Positions 15,001-30,000 of a DNA stretch of 64,000 nt are shown one piece after another. The stretch comes from Eledone cirrhosa (lineage: Eukaryota). The stretch's first letter is position 1; every line of letters begins with the position of its first letter. A program made the translations under genes and the position numbers. The notes under the pieces are model-generated. The model was not told where the DNA came from and ran no database searches. It worked only from the letters and a program-made list of their open reading frames with translations. Location: the NCBI GenBank assembly GCA_964016885.1, contig OZ024742.1, positions 368,714,001 through 368,778,000 of the forward strand, given 5' to 3'.

Positions 15001-18000
15001 CTACAAGACACCCTATTCCAATGTTCCGAGTCTACCAATAAACAGATCCTACAAGACACCCTATTCCAATGTTTCAAGTCTACCAATAAACAGATTATAG
15101 AAGACACCTTATTCGAAGTCTACCAATAAACAGATCCTACAAGACACCCTATTCCAATGTTTCAAGTCTACCAATAAACAGATTCTTCAAGACACCTTAT
15201 TCGAAGTCTACCAATAAACAAATCCTACAAGACACCCTATTCCAATGTTCCAAGTCTACCAATAAACAGATCCTACAAGACACCTTATTCCAATGTTCCA
15301 AGTCTACCAATAAACATATCCTACAAGACACCCTATTCCAATGTTCCAAGTCTACCAATAAACAGATTCTACAAGACAACCTATTCCAATGTTTCAAGTC
15401 TACTAATAAACAGATCCTACAAGACACCCTATTCCAATGTTTCAAGTCTACCAATAAACAGATCCTACAAGACACCTTATTCCAATGTTCCAAGTCTACC
15501 AATAAACATATCCTACAAGACACCCTATTCCAATGTTTCAAGTCTACCAATAAACAGATCCTACAAGACACCTTATTCCAATGTTCCAAGTCTACCAATA
15601 AACAGATTCTACAAGACACCCTATTCCAATGTTTCAAGTCTACCAATAAACAGATTCTACAAGACACCTTATTCCAATGTTCCGAGTCTACCAATAAACA
15701 GATCCTACAAGACACCCTATTCAAATGTTCCGAGTCTACCAATAAACAGATCCTACAAGACACCTTATTCCAATGTTCCAAGTCTACCAATAAACAGATC
15801 CAAACAAGACACCCTATTCCAATGTTCCGAGTCTACCAATAAACAGATCCTACAAGACACCCTATTCCAATGTTCCAAGTCTACCAATAAACAGATCCTA
15901 CAAGACACCCTATTCCAATGTTCCAAGTCTACCAATAAACAGATCCTACAAGACACCCTATTCCAATGTTCCAAGTCTACCAATAAACAGATCCTACAAG
16001 ACACCCTATTCCAATGTTCCAAGTCTACCAATAAACATATCCTACAAGACACCCTATTCCAATGTTCCAAGTCTACCAATAAACAGATCCTACAAGACAC
16101 CCTATTCCAATGTTTCAAGTCTACCAATAAACAGATCCTACAAGACACCCTATTCCAATGTTCCAAGTCTACCAATAAACAGATCCTACAAGACACCCTA
16201 TTCAAATGTTCTGAGTCTACCAATAAACAGATCCTACAAGACACCTTATTCCAATGTTCCAAGTCTACCAATAAACAGATCCTACAAGACACCCTATTCC
16301 AATGTTCCGAGTCTACGAATAAACAGATCCTACAAGACACCCTATTCCAATGTTCCAAGTCTACCAATAAACAGATCCTACAAGACACCCTATTCCAATG
16401 TTCCAAGTCTACCAATAAACAGATCCTACAAGACACCTTATTCCAATGTTCCAAGTCTAGCAATAAACAGATCCTACAAGACACCCTATTCCAATGTTTC
16501 AAGTCTACCAATAAACAGATCCTACAAGACACCTTATTCCAATGTTCCGAGTCTACCAATAAACAGATCCTACAAGACACCCTATTCCAATGTTCCGAGT
16601 CTACCAATAAACAGATCCTACAAGACACCCTATTCCAATGTTCCAAGTCTACCAATAAACAGATCCTACAAGACACCCTATTCCAATGTTTCAAGTCTAC
16701 CAATAAACAGATCCTACAAGACACCCTATTCCAATGTTCCGAGTCTACCAATAAACAGATCCTACAAGACACCCTATTCCAATGTTCCGAGTCTACCAAT
16801 AAACAGATCCTACAAGACACCCTATTCCAATGTTTCAAGTCTACCAATAAACAGATCCTACAAGACACCCTATTCCAATGTTCCGAGTCTACCAATAAAC
16901 AGATCCTACAAGACACCCTATTCCAATGTTCCAAGTCTACCAATAAACAGATCCTACAAAACACCCTATTCCAATGTTCCAAGTCTACCAATAAACACAT
17001 TCTACAAGACACCCTATTCCAATGTTCCAAGTCTACCAATAAACAGATCCTACAAGACACCCTATTCCAATGTTTCAAGTCTACCAATAAACAGATCCTA
17101 CAAGACACCCTATTCCAATGTTTCAAGTCTACCAATAAACAGATTCTACAAGACACCTTATTCCAAGTCTACCAATAAACAGATCCTACAAGACACCCTA
17201 TTCCAATGTTTCAAGTCTACCAATAAACAGATTCTACAAGACACCTTATTCCAAGTCTACCAATAAACAGATCCTACAAGACACCCTATTCCAATGTTCC
17301 AAGTCTACCAATAAACAGATCCTACAAGACACCCTATTCCAATGTTCCAAGTCTACTAATAAACAGATCCTACAAGACACCTTATTCCAATGTTTCAAGT
17401 CTACCAATAAACAGATTCTACAAGACACCTTATTCCAATGTTTCAAGTCTACCAATAAACAGATCCTACAAGACACCCTATTCCAATGTTTCAAGTCTAC
17501 TAATAAACAGATCCTACAAGACACCTTATTCCAATGTTTCAAGTCTACTAATAAACAGATTCTACAAGACACCCTATTCCAATGTTCCGAGTCTACCAAT
17601 AAACAGATCCTACAAGACACCCTATTCCAATGTTCCAAGTCTACCAATAAACAGATTCTACAAGACACCCTATTCCAATGTTCCGAGTCTACCAATAAAC
17701 AGATCCTACAAGACACCTTATTCCAATGTTTCAAGTCTACCAATAAACAGATTCTACAAGACACCTTATTCCAATGTTCCGAGTCTACCAATAAACAGAT
17801 CCTACAAGACACCTTATTCCAATGTTCCAAGTCTACCAATAAACAGATCCTACAAGACACCCTATTCCAATGTTCCAAGTCTACCAATAAACAGATCCTA
17901 CAAGACACCTTATTCCAATGTTCCGAGTCTACCAATAAACAGATCCTACAAGACACCCTATTCCAATGTTACGAGTCTACCAATAAACAGATCCTACAAG

Positions 18001-21000
18001 ACACCCTATTCCAATGTTCCAAGTCTACCAATAAACAGATCCTACAAGACACCCTACTCCAATGTTCCAAGTCTACCAATAAACAGATTCTACAAGACAC
18101 CCTATTCCAATGTTCCAAGTCTACCAATAAACAGATCCTACAAGACACCCTATTCCAATGTTCCGAGTCTACCAATAAACAGATCCTACAAGACACCCTA
18201 TTCCAATGTTCCGAGTCTACCAATAAACAGATCCTACAAGACACCCTATTCAAATGTTCCAAGTCTACCAATAAACAGATCCTACAAGACACCCTATTCG
18301 AAGGTTCCAAGTCTACCAATAAACAGATCCTACAAGACACCCTATTCGAATGTTCCAAGTCTACGAATAAACAGATGCTACAAGACACCCTATTCCAATG
18401 TTCCGAGTCTACCAATAAACAGATCCTACAAGACACCCTATTCAAATGTTCCAAGTCTACCAATAAACAGATCCTACAAGACACCCTATTCGAATGTTCC
18501 AAGTCTACCAATAAACAGATCCTACAAGACACCCTATTCTAATGTTCCAAGTCTACCAATAAACAGATCCTACAAGACACCCTATTCCAATGTTTCAAGT
18601 CTACCAATAAACAGATCCTACAAGACACCCTATTCCAATGTTCCAAGTCTACCAATAAACAGATTATACAAGACACCTTATTCGAAGTCTACCAATAAAC
18701 AGATCCTACAAGACACCCTATTCCAATGTTTCAAGTCTACCAATAAACAGATTCTTCAAGACACCTTATTCGAAGTCTACCAATAAACAAATCCTACAAG
18801 ACACCCTATTCCAATGTTCCGAGTCTACCAATAAACAGATCCTACAAGACACCCTATTCCAATGTTTCAAGTCTACCAATAAACAGATTCTACAAGACAC
18901 CTTATTCGAAGTCTACCAATAAACAGATCCTACAAGACACCTTATTCCAATGTTTCAAGTCTACCAATAAACAGATTCTACAAGACACCTTATTCCAATG
19001 TTTCAAGTCTACTAATAAACAGATTCTACAAGACACCTTATTCCAATGTTTCAAGTCTACTAATAAACAGATCCTACAAGACACCTTATTCCAATGTTTC
19101 AAGTCTACCAATAAACAGATCCTACAAGACACCCTATTCCAATGTTCCGAGTCTACCAATAAACAGATCCTACAAGACACCTTATTCCAATGTTCCAAGT
19201 CTACCAATAAACAGATCCTACAAGACACCCTATTCCAATGTTCCGAGTCCACCAATAAACAGATCCTACAAGACACCCTATTCAAATGTTCCAAGTCTAC
19301 CAATAAACAGATCCTACAAGACACCCTATTCAAATGTTCCGAGTCTACCAATAAACAGATCCTACAAGACACCCTATTCCAATGTTTCAAGTCTACCAAT
19401 AAACAGATCCTACAAGACACCCTATTCCAATGTTCCAAGTCTACCAATAAACAAATCCTACAAGACACCCTATTCCAATGTTCCGAGTCTACCAATAAAC
19501 AGATCCTACAAGACACCCTATTCCAATGTTTCAAGTCTACCAATAAACAGATTCTACCAGACACCTTATTCGAAGTCTACCAATAAACAGATCCTACAAG
19601 ACACCTTATTCCAATGTTTCAAGTCTACCAATAAACAGATTCTACAAGACACCTTATTCCAATGTTTCAAGTCTACTAATAAACAGATTCTACAAGACAC
19701 CTTATTCCAATGTTTCAAGTCTACTAATAAACAGATCCTACAAGACACCTTATTCCAATGTTTCAAGCCTACCAATAAACAGATTCTACCAGACACCTTA
19801 TTCGAAGTCTACCAATAAACAGATCCTACAAGACACCTTATTCCAATGTTTCAAGTCTACCAATAAACAGATTCTACAAGACACCTTATTCCAATGTTTC
19901 AAGTCTACTAATAAACAGATCCTACAAGACACCTTATTCCAATGTTTCAAGTCTACCAATAAACAGATCCTACAAGACACCCTATTCAAATGTTCCAAGT
20001 CTACCAATAAACAGATCCTACAAGACACCCTATTCCAATGTTCCAAGTCTACCAATAAACAGATCCTACAAGACACCTTATTCCAATGTTCCGAGTCTAC
20101 CAATAAACAGATCCTACAAGACACCTTATTCCAATGTTCCAAGTCTACCAATAAACAGATCCTACAAGACACCCTATTCCAATGTTCCGAGTCTACCAAT
20201 AAACAGATCCTACAAGACACCTTATTCCAATGTTCCAAGTCTACCAATAAACAGATCCTACGAGACACCCTATTCAAATGTTCCAAGTCTACCAATAAAC
20301 AGATCCTACAAGACACCCTATTCCAATGTTCCAAGTCTACCAATAAACAGATCCTACAAGACACCCTATTCCAATGTTCCAAGTCTACCAATAAACATAT
20401 CCTACAAGACACCCTATTCCAATGTTCCAAGTCTACCAATAAACAGATCCTACAAGACACCCTATTCCAATGTTTCAAGTCTACCAATAAACAGATCCTA
20501 CAAGACACCCTATTCCAATGTTTCAAGTCTACCAATAAACATATCCTACAAGACACCCTATTCCAATGTTCCGAGTCTACCAATAAACAGATCCTACAAG
20601 ACACCCTATTCGAATGTTCCGAGTCTACCAATAAACAGATCCTACAAGACACCCTATTCAAATGTTCCGAGTCTACCAATAAACAGATCCTACAAGACAC
20701 CTTATTCCAATGTTCCAAGTCTACCAATAAACAGATCCAAACAAGACACCCTATTCCAATGTTCCGAGTCTACCAATAAACAGATCCTACAAGACACCCT
20801 ATTCCAATGTTCCAAGTCTACCAATAAACAGATCCTACAAGACACCCTATTCCAATGTTCCAAGTCTACCAATAAACAGATCCTACAAGACACCCTATTC
20901 CAATGTTCCAAGTCTACCAATAAACAGATCCTACAAGACACCCTATTCCAATGTTCCAAGTCTACCAATAAACATATCCTACAAGACACCCTATTCCAAT

Positions 21001-24000
21001 GTTCCAAGTCTACCAATAAACAGATCCTACAAGACACCCTATTCCAATGTTTCAAGTCTACCAATAAACAGATCCTACAAGACACCCTATTCCAATGTTT
21101 CAAGTCTACCAATAAACAGATCCTACAAGACACCCTATTCCAATGTTCCAAGTCTACCAATAAACAGATCCTACAAGACACCCTATTCCAATGTTCCAAG
21201 TCTACTAATAAACAGATCCTACAAGACACCTTATTCCAATGTTTCAAGTCTACCAATAAACAGATTCTACAAGACACCTTATTCCAATGTTTCAAGTCTA
21301 CTAATAAACAGATTCTACAAGACACCCTATTCCAATGTTCCGAGTCTACCAATAAACAGATCCTACAAGACACCCTATTCCAATGTTCCAAGTCTACCAA
21401 TAAACAGATCCTACAAGACACCCTATTCCAATGTTCCAAGTCTACTAATAAACAGATCCTACAAGACACCTTATTCCAATGTTTCAAGTCTACCAATAAA
21501 CAGATTCTACAAGACACCTTATTCCAATGTTTCAAGTCTACTAATAAACAGATTCTACAAGACACCCTATTCCAATGTTCCGAGTCTACCAATAAACAGA
21601 TCCTACAAGACACCCTATTCCAATGTTCCAAGTCTACCAATAAACAGATTCTACAAGACACCCTATTCAAATGTTCCGAGTCTACCAATAAACAGATCCT
21701 ACAAGACACCTTATTCCAATGTTTCAAGTCTACCAATAAACAGATTCTACAAGACACCTTATTCCAATGTTCCGAGTCTACCAATAAACAGATCCTACAA
21801 GACACCTTATTCCAATGTTCCAAGTCTACCAATAAACAGATCCTACAAGACACGCTATTCCAATGTTCCAAGTCTACCAATAAACAGATCCTACAAGACA
21901 CCTTATTCCAATGTTCCGAGTCTACCAATAAACAGATCCTACAAAACACCCTATTCCAATGTTACGAGTCTACCAATAAACAGATCCTACAAGACACCCT
22001 ATTCCAATGTTCCAAGTCTACCAATAAACAGATCCTACAAGACACCCTACTCCAATGTTCCAAGTCTACCAATAAACAGATTCTACAAGACACCCTATTC
22101 CAATGTTCCAAGTCTAACAATAAACAGATCCTACAAGACACCCTATTCCAATGTTCCGAGTCTACCAATAAACAGATCCTACAAGACACCCTATTCCAAT
22201 GTTCCGAGTCTACCAATAAACAGATCCTACAAGACACCCTATTCAAATGTTCCAAGTCTACCAATAAACAGATCCTACAAGACACCCTATTCGAAGGTTC
22301 CAAGTCTACCAATAAACAGATCCTACAAGACACCCTATTCGAATGTTCCAAGTCTACGAATAAACAGATGCTACAAGACACCCTATTCCAATGTTCCGAG
22401 TCTACCAATAAACAGATCCTACAAGACACCCTATTCAAATGTTCCAAGTCTACCAATAAACACATCCTACAAGACACCCTATTCGAATGTTCCAAGTCTA
22501 CCAATAAACAGATCCTACAAGACACCCTATTCTAATGTTCCAAATCTACCAATAAACAGATCCTACAAGACACCCTATTCCAATGTTTCAAGTCTACCAA
22601 TAAACAGATCCTACAAGACACCCTATTCCAATGTTCCAAGTCTACCAATAAACAAATCCTACAAGACACCCTATTCCAATGTTCCGAGTCTACCAATAAA
22701 CAGATCCTACAAGACACCCTATTCCAATGTTTCAAGTCTACCAATAAACAGATTATACAAGACACCTTATTCGAAGTCTACCAATAAACAGATCCTACAA
22801 GACACCCTATTCCAATGTTTCAAGTCTACCAATAAACAGATTCTTCAAGACACCTTATTCGAAGTCTACCAATAAACAAATCCTACAAGACACCCTATTC
22901 CAATGTTCCGAGTCTACCAATAAACAGATCCTACAAGACACCCTATTCCAATGTTTCAAGTCTACCAATAAACAGATTCTACAAGACACCTTATTCGAAG
23001 TCTACCAATAAACAGATCCTACAAGACACCTTATTCCAATGTTTCAAGTCTACCAATAAACAGATTCTACAAGACACCTTATTCCAATGTTTCAAGTCTA
23101 CTAATAAACAGATCCTACAAGACACCTTATTCCAATGTTTCAAGTCTACCAATAAACAGATCCTACAAGACACCCTATTCCAATGTTCCGAGTCTACCAA
23201 TAAACAGATCCTACAAGACACCTTATTCCAATGTTCCAAGTCTACCAATAAACAGATCCTACAAGACACCCTATTCCAATGTTCCGAGTCCACCAATAAA
23301 CAGATCCTACAAGACACCCTATTCCAATGTTCCAAGTCTAACAATAAACAGATCCTACAAGACACCCTATTCCAATGTTCCAAGTCTACCAATAAACAGA
23401 GCCTACAAGGCACCTTATTCCAATGTTCCAAGTCTACCAATAAACAGATCCTACAAGCTACCTTATTCCAATGTTCCAAGTCTACCAATAAACATATCCT
23501 ACAAGACACCCTATTCCAATGTTCCAAGTCTACCAATAAACAGATCCTACAAGACACCATATTCCAATGTTCCAAGTCTACCAATAAACAGATCCTACAA
23601 GACACCCTATTCCAATGTTCCAAGTCTACCAATAAACATATCCTACAAGACACCCTATTCCCATGTTCCGAGTCTACCAATAAACAGATCCTACAAGACA
23701 CCCTATTCCAATGTTTCAAGTCTACCAATAAACAGATTCTACAAGACACCTTATTCCAATGTTTCAAGTCTACCAATAAACAGATCGTACAAGACACCCT
23801 ATTCAAATGTTCCGAGTCTACCAATAAACAGATTCTACAAGACACCCTATTCCAATGTTCCGAGTCTACCAATAAACAGATCCTACAAGACACCCTATTC
23901 CAATGTTCCAAGTCTACCAATAAACAGATCCTACAAGACACCTTATTCCAATGTTCCAAGTCTACCAATAAACAGATCCTACAAGACACCCTATTCCAAT

Positions 24001-27000
24001 GTTCCGAGTCCACCAATAAACAGATCCTACAAGACACCTTATTCCAATGTTCCAAGTCTACCAATAAACATATCCTACAAGACACCCTATTCCAATGTTC
24101 CAAGTCTACCAATAAACAGATCCTACAAGACACCCTATTCCAATGTTCCAAGTCTACCAATAAACAGATCCTACAAGACACCCTATTCAAATGTTCTGAG
24201 TCTACCAATAAACAGATCCTACAAGACACCTTATTCCAATGTTCCAAGTCTACCAATAAACAGACCCTACAAGACACCCTATTCCAATGTTCCAAGTCTA
24301 CCAATAAACATATCCTACAAGACACCCTATTCCAATGTTCCAAGTCTACCAATAAACAGATCCTACAAGACACCCTATTCAAATGTTCCGAGTCTACCAA
24401 TAAACAGATTCTACAAGACACCCTATTCCAATGTTCCGAGTCTACCAATAAACAGATCCTACAAGACACCCTATTCCAATGTTCCAAGTCTACCAATAAA
24501 CAGATCCTACAAGACACCTTATTCCAATGTTCCAAGTCTACCAATAAACAGATCCTACAAGACACCCTATTCCAATGTTCCGAGTCCACCAATAAACAGA
24601 TCCTACAAGACACCTTATTCCAATGTTCCAAGTCTACCAATAAACATATCCTACAAGACACCCTATTCCAATGTTCCAAGTCTACCAATAAACAGATCCT
24701 ACAAGACACCCTATTCCAATGTTCCAAGTCTACCAATAAACAGATCCTACAAGACACCCTATTCAAATGTTCTGAGTCTACCAATAAACAGATCCTACAA
24801 GACACCTTATTCCAATGTTCCAAGTCTACCAATAAACAGATCCTACAAGACACCCTATTCCAATGTTCCAAGTCTACCAATAAACATATCCTACAAGACA
24901 CCCTATTCCAATGTTCCGAGTCTACAAATAAACAGATCCTACAAGACATCCTATTCCAATGTTCCAAGTCTACCAATAAACAGATCCTACAAGACACCCT
25001 ATTCCAATGTTTCAAGTCTGCCAATAAACAGATCCTACAAGACACCCTATTCCAATGTTCCAAGTCTACCAATAAACAAATCCTACAAGACACCCTATTC
25101 CAATGTTCCGAGTCTACCAATAAACAGATCCTACAAGACACCCTATTCCAATGTTTCAAGTCTACCAATAAACAGATTATACAAGACACCTTATTCGAAG
25201 TCTACCAATAAACAGATCCTACAAGACACCCTATTCCAATGTTTCAAGTCTACCAATAAACAGATTCTTCAAGACACCTTATTCGAAGTCTACCAATAAA
25301 CAAATCCTACAAGACACCCTATTCCAATGTTCCAAGTCTACCAATAAACAGATCCTACAAGACACCTTATTCCAATGTTCCAAGTCTACCAATAAACATA
25401 TCCTACAAGACACCCTATTCCAATGTTCCAAGTCTACCAATAAACAGATTCTACAAGACAACCTATTCCAATGTTTCAAGTCTACTAATAAACAGATCCT
25501 ACAAGACACCCTATTCCAATGTTTCAAGTCTACCAATAAACAGATCCTACAAGACACCTTATTCCAATGTTCCAAGTCTACCAATAAACATATCCTACAA
25601 GACACCCTATTCCAATGTTCCAAGTCTACCAATAAACAGATTCTACAAGACACCCTATTCCAATGTTTCAAGTCTACCAATAAACAGATTCTACAAGACA
25701 CCTTATTCCAATGTTCCGAGTCTACCAATAAACAGATCCTACAAGACACCCTATTCAAATGTTCCGAGTCTACCAATAAACAGATCCTACAAGACACCTT
25801 ATTCCAATGTTCCAAGTCTACCAATAAACAGATCCAAACAAGACACCCTATTCCAATGTTCCGAGTCTACCAATAAACAGATCCTACAAGACACCCTATT
25901 CCAATGTTCCAAGTCTACCAATAAACAGATCCTACAAGACACCCTATTCCAATGTTCCAAGTCTACCAATAAACAGATCCTACAAGACACCCTATTCCAA
26001 TGTTCCAAGTCTACCAATAAACAGATCCTACAAGACACCCTATTCCAATGTTCCAAGTCTACCAATAAACATATCCTACAAGACACCCTATTCCAATGTT
26101 CCAAGTCTACCAATAAACATATCCTACAAGACACCCTATTCCAATGTTCCAAGTCTACCAATAAACAGATCCTACAAGACACCCTATTCCAATGTTTCAA
26201 GTCTACCAATAAACAGATCCTACAAGACACCCTATTCCAATGTTTCAAGTCTACCAATAAACATATCCTACAAGACACCCTATTCCAATGTTCCGAGTCT
26301 ACCAATAAACAGATCCTACAAGACACCCTATTCAAATGTTCCGAGTCTACCAATAAACAGATCCTACAAGACACCTTATTCCAATGTTCCAAGTCTACCA
26401 ATAAACAGATCCAAACAAGACACCCTATTCCAATGTTCCGAGTCTACCAATAAACAGATCCTACAAGACACCCTATTCCAATGTTCCAAGTCTACCAATA
26501 AACAGATCCTACAAGACACCCTATTCCAATGTTCCAAGTCTACCAATAAACAGATCCTACAAGACACCCTATTCCAATGTTCCAAGTCTACCAATAAACA
26601 GATCCTACAAGACACCCTATTCCAATGTTCCAAGTCTACCAATAAACATATCCTACAAGACACCCTATTCCAATGTTCCAAGTCTACCAATAAACAGATC
26701 CTACAAGACACCCTATTCCAATGTTTCAAGTCTACCAATAAACAGATCCTACAAGACACCCTATTCCAATGTTTCAAGTCTACCAATAAACAGATCCTAC
26801 AAGACACCCTATTCCAATGTTCCAAGTCTACCAATAAACAGATCCTACAAGACACCCTATTCAAATGTTCTGAGTCTACCAATAAACAGATCCTACAAGA
26901 CACCTTATTCCAATGTTCCAAGTCTACCAATAAACAGATCCTACAAGACACCCTATTCCAATGTTCCGAGTCTACGAATAAACAGATCCTACAAGACACC

Positions 27001-30000
27001 CTATTCCAATGTTCCAAGTCTACCAATAAACAGATCCTACAAGACACCCTATTCCAATGTTCCAAGTCTACCAATAAACAGATCCTACAAGACACCTTAT
27101 TCCAATGTTCCAAGTCTAGCAATAAACAGATCCTACAAGACACCCTATTCCAATGTTCCAAGTCTACCAATAAACATATCCTACAAGACACCCTATTCCA
27201 ATGTTCCAAGTCTACCAATAAACAGATTCTACAAGACACCTTATTCCAATGTTCTGAGTCTACCAATAAACAGATCCTACAAGACACCTTATTCCAATGT
27301 TCCAAGTCTACCAATAAACAGATCCTACAAGACACCCTATTCCAATGTTCCGAGTCTACAAATAAACAGATCCTACAAGACATCCTATTCCAATGTTCCA
27401 AGTCTACCAATAAACAGATCCTACAAGAGACCCTATTCCAATGTTTCAAGTCTGCCAATAAACAGATCCTACAAGACACCCTATTCCAATGTTCCAAGTC
27501 TACCAATAAACAAATCCTACAAGACACCCTATTCCAATGTTCCGAGTCTACCAATAAACAGATCCTACAAGACACCCTATTCCAATGTTTCAAGTCTACC
27601 AATAAACAGATTATAGAAGACACCTTATTCGAAGTCTACCAATAAACAGATCCTACAAGACACCCTATTCCAATGTTTCAAGTCTACCAATAAACAGATT
27701 CTTCAAGACACCTTATTCGAAGTCTACCAATAAACAAATCCTACAAGACACCCTATTCCAATGTTCCAAGTCTACCAATAAACAGATCCTACAAGACACC
27801 TTATTCCAATGTTCCAAGTCTACCAATAAACATATCCTACAAGACACCCTATTCCAATGTTCCAAGTCTACCAATAAACAGATTCTACAAGACAACCTAT
27901 TCCAATGTTTCAAGTCTACTAATAAACAGATCCTACAAGACACCCTATTCCAATGTTTCAAGTCTACCAATAAACAGATCCTACAAGACACCTTATTCCA
28001 ATGTTCCAAGTCTACCAATAAACATATCCTACAAGACACCCTATTCCAATGTTTCAAGTCTACCAATAAACAGATCCTACAAGACACCTTATTCCAATGT
28101 TCCAAGTCTACCAATAAACAGATTCTACAAGACACCCTATTCCAATGTTTCAAGTCTACCAATAAACAGATTCTACAAGACACCTTATTCCAATGTTCCG
28201 AGTCTACCAATAAACAGATCCTACAAGACACCCTATTCAAATGTTCCGAGTCTACCAATAAACAGATCCTACAAGACACCTTATTCCAATGTTCCAAGTC
28301 TACCAATAAACAGATCCAAACAAGACACCCTATTCCAATGTTCCGAGTCTACCAATAAACAGATCCTACAAGACACCCTATTCCAATGTTCCAAGTCTAC
28401 CAATAAACAGATCCTACAAGACACCCTATTCCAATGTTCCAAGTCTACCAATAAACAGATCCTACAAGACACCCTATTCCAATGTTCCAAGTCTACCAAT
28501 AAACAGATCCTACAAGACACCCTATTCCAATGTTCCAAGTCTACCAATAAACATATCCTACAAGACACCCTATTCCAATGTTCCAAGTCTACCAATAAAC
28601 AGATCCTACAAGACACCCTATTCCAATGTTTCAAGTCTACCAATAAACAGATCCTACAAGACACCCTATTCCAATGTTCCAAGTCTACCAATAAACAGAT
28701 CCTACAAGACACCCTATTCAAATGTTCTGAGTCTACCAATAAACAGATCCTACAAGACACCTTATTCCAATGTTCCAAGTCTACCAATAAACAGATCCTA
28801 CAAGACACCCTATTCCAATGTTCCGAGTCTACGAATAAACAGATCCTACAAGACACCCTATTCCAATGTTCCAAGTCTACCAATAAACAGATCCTACAAG
28901 ACACCCTATTCCAATGTTCCAAGTCTACCAATAAACAGATCCTACAAGACACCTTATTCCAATGTTCCAAGTCTAGCAATAAACAGATCCTACAAGACAC
29001 CCTATTCCAATGTTTCAAGTCTACCAATAAACAGATCCTACAAGACACCTTATTCCAATGTTCCGAGTCTACCAATAAACAGATCCTACAAGACACCCTA
29101 TTCCAATGTTCCGAGTCTACCAATAAACAGATCCTACAAGACACCCTATTCCAATGTTCCAAGTCTACCAATAAACAGATCCTACAAGACACCCTATTCC
29201 AATGTTTCAAGTCTACCAATAAACAGATCCTACAAGACACCCTATTCCAATGTTCCGAGTCTACCAATAAACAGATCCTACAAGACACCCTATTCCAATG
29301 TTCCGAGTCTACCAATAAACAGATCCTACAAGACACCCTATTCCAATGTTTCAAGTCTACCAATAAACAGATCCTACAAGACACCCTATTCCAATGTTCC
29401 GAGTCTACCAATAAACAGATCCTACAAGACACCCTATTCCAATGTTCCAAGTCTACCAATAAACAGATCCTACAAAACACCCTATTCCAATGTTCCAAGT
29501 CTACCAATAAACACATTCTACAAGACACCCTATTCCAATGTTCCAAGTCTACCAATAAACAGATCCTACAAGACACCCTATTCCAATGTTTCAAGTCTAC
29601 CAATAAACAGATCCTACAAGACACCCTATTCCAATGTTTCAAGTCTACCAATAAACAGATTCTACAAGACACCTTATTCCAAGTCTACCAATAAACAGAT
29701 CCTACAAGACACCCTATTCCAATGTTTCAAGTCTACCAATAAACAGATTCTACAAGACACCTTATTCCAAGTCTACCAATAAACAGATCCTACAAGACAC
29801 CCTATTCCAATGTTCCAAGTCTACCAATAAACAGATCCTACAAGACACCCTATTCCAATGTTCCAAGTCTACTAATAAACAGATCCTACAAGACACCTTA
29901 TTCCAATGTTTCAAGTCTACCAATAAACAGATTCTACAAGACACCTTATTCCAATGTTTCAAGTCTACCAATAAACAGATCCTACAAGACACCCTATTCC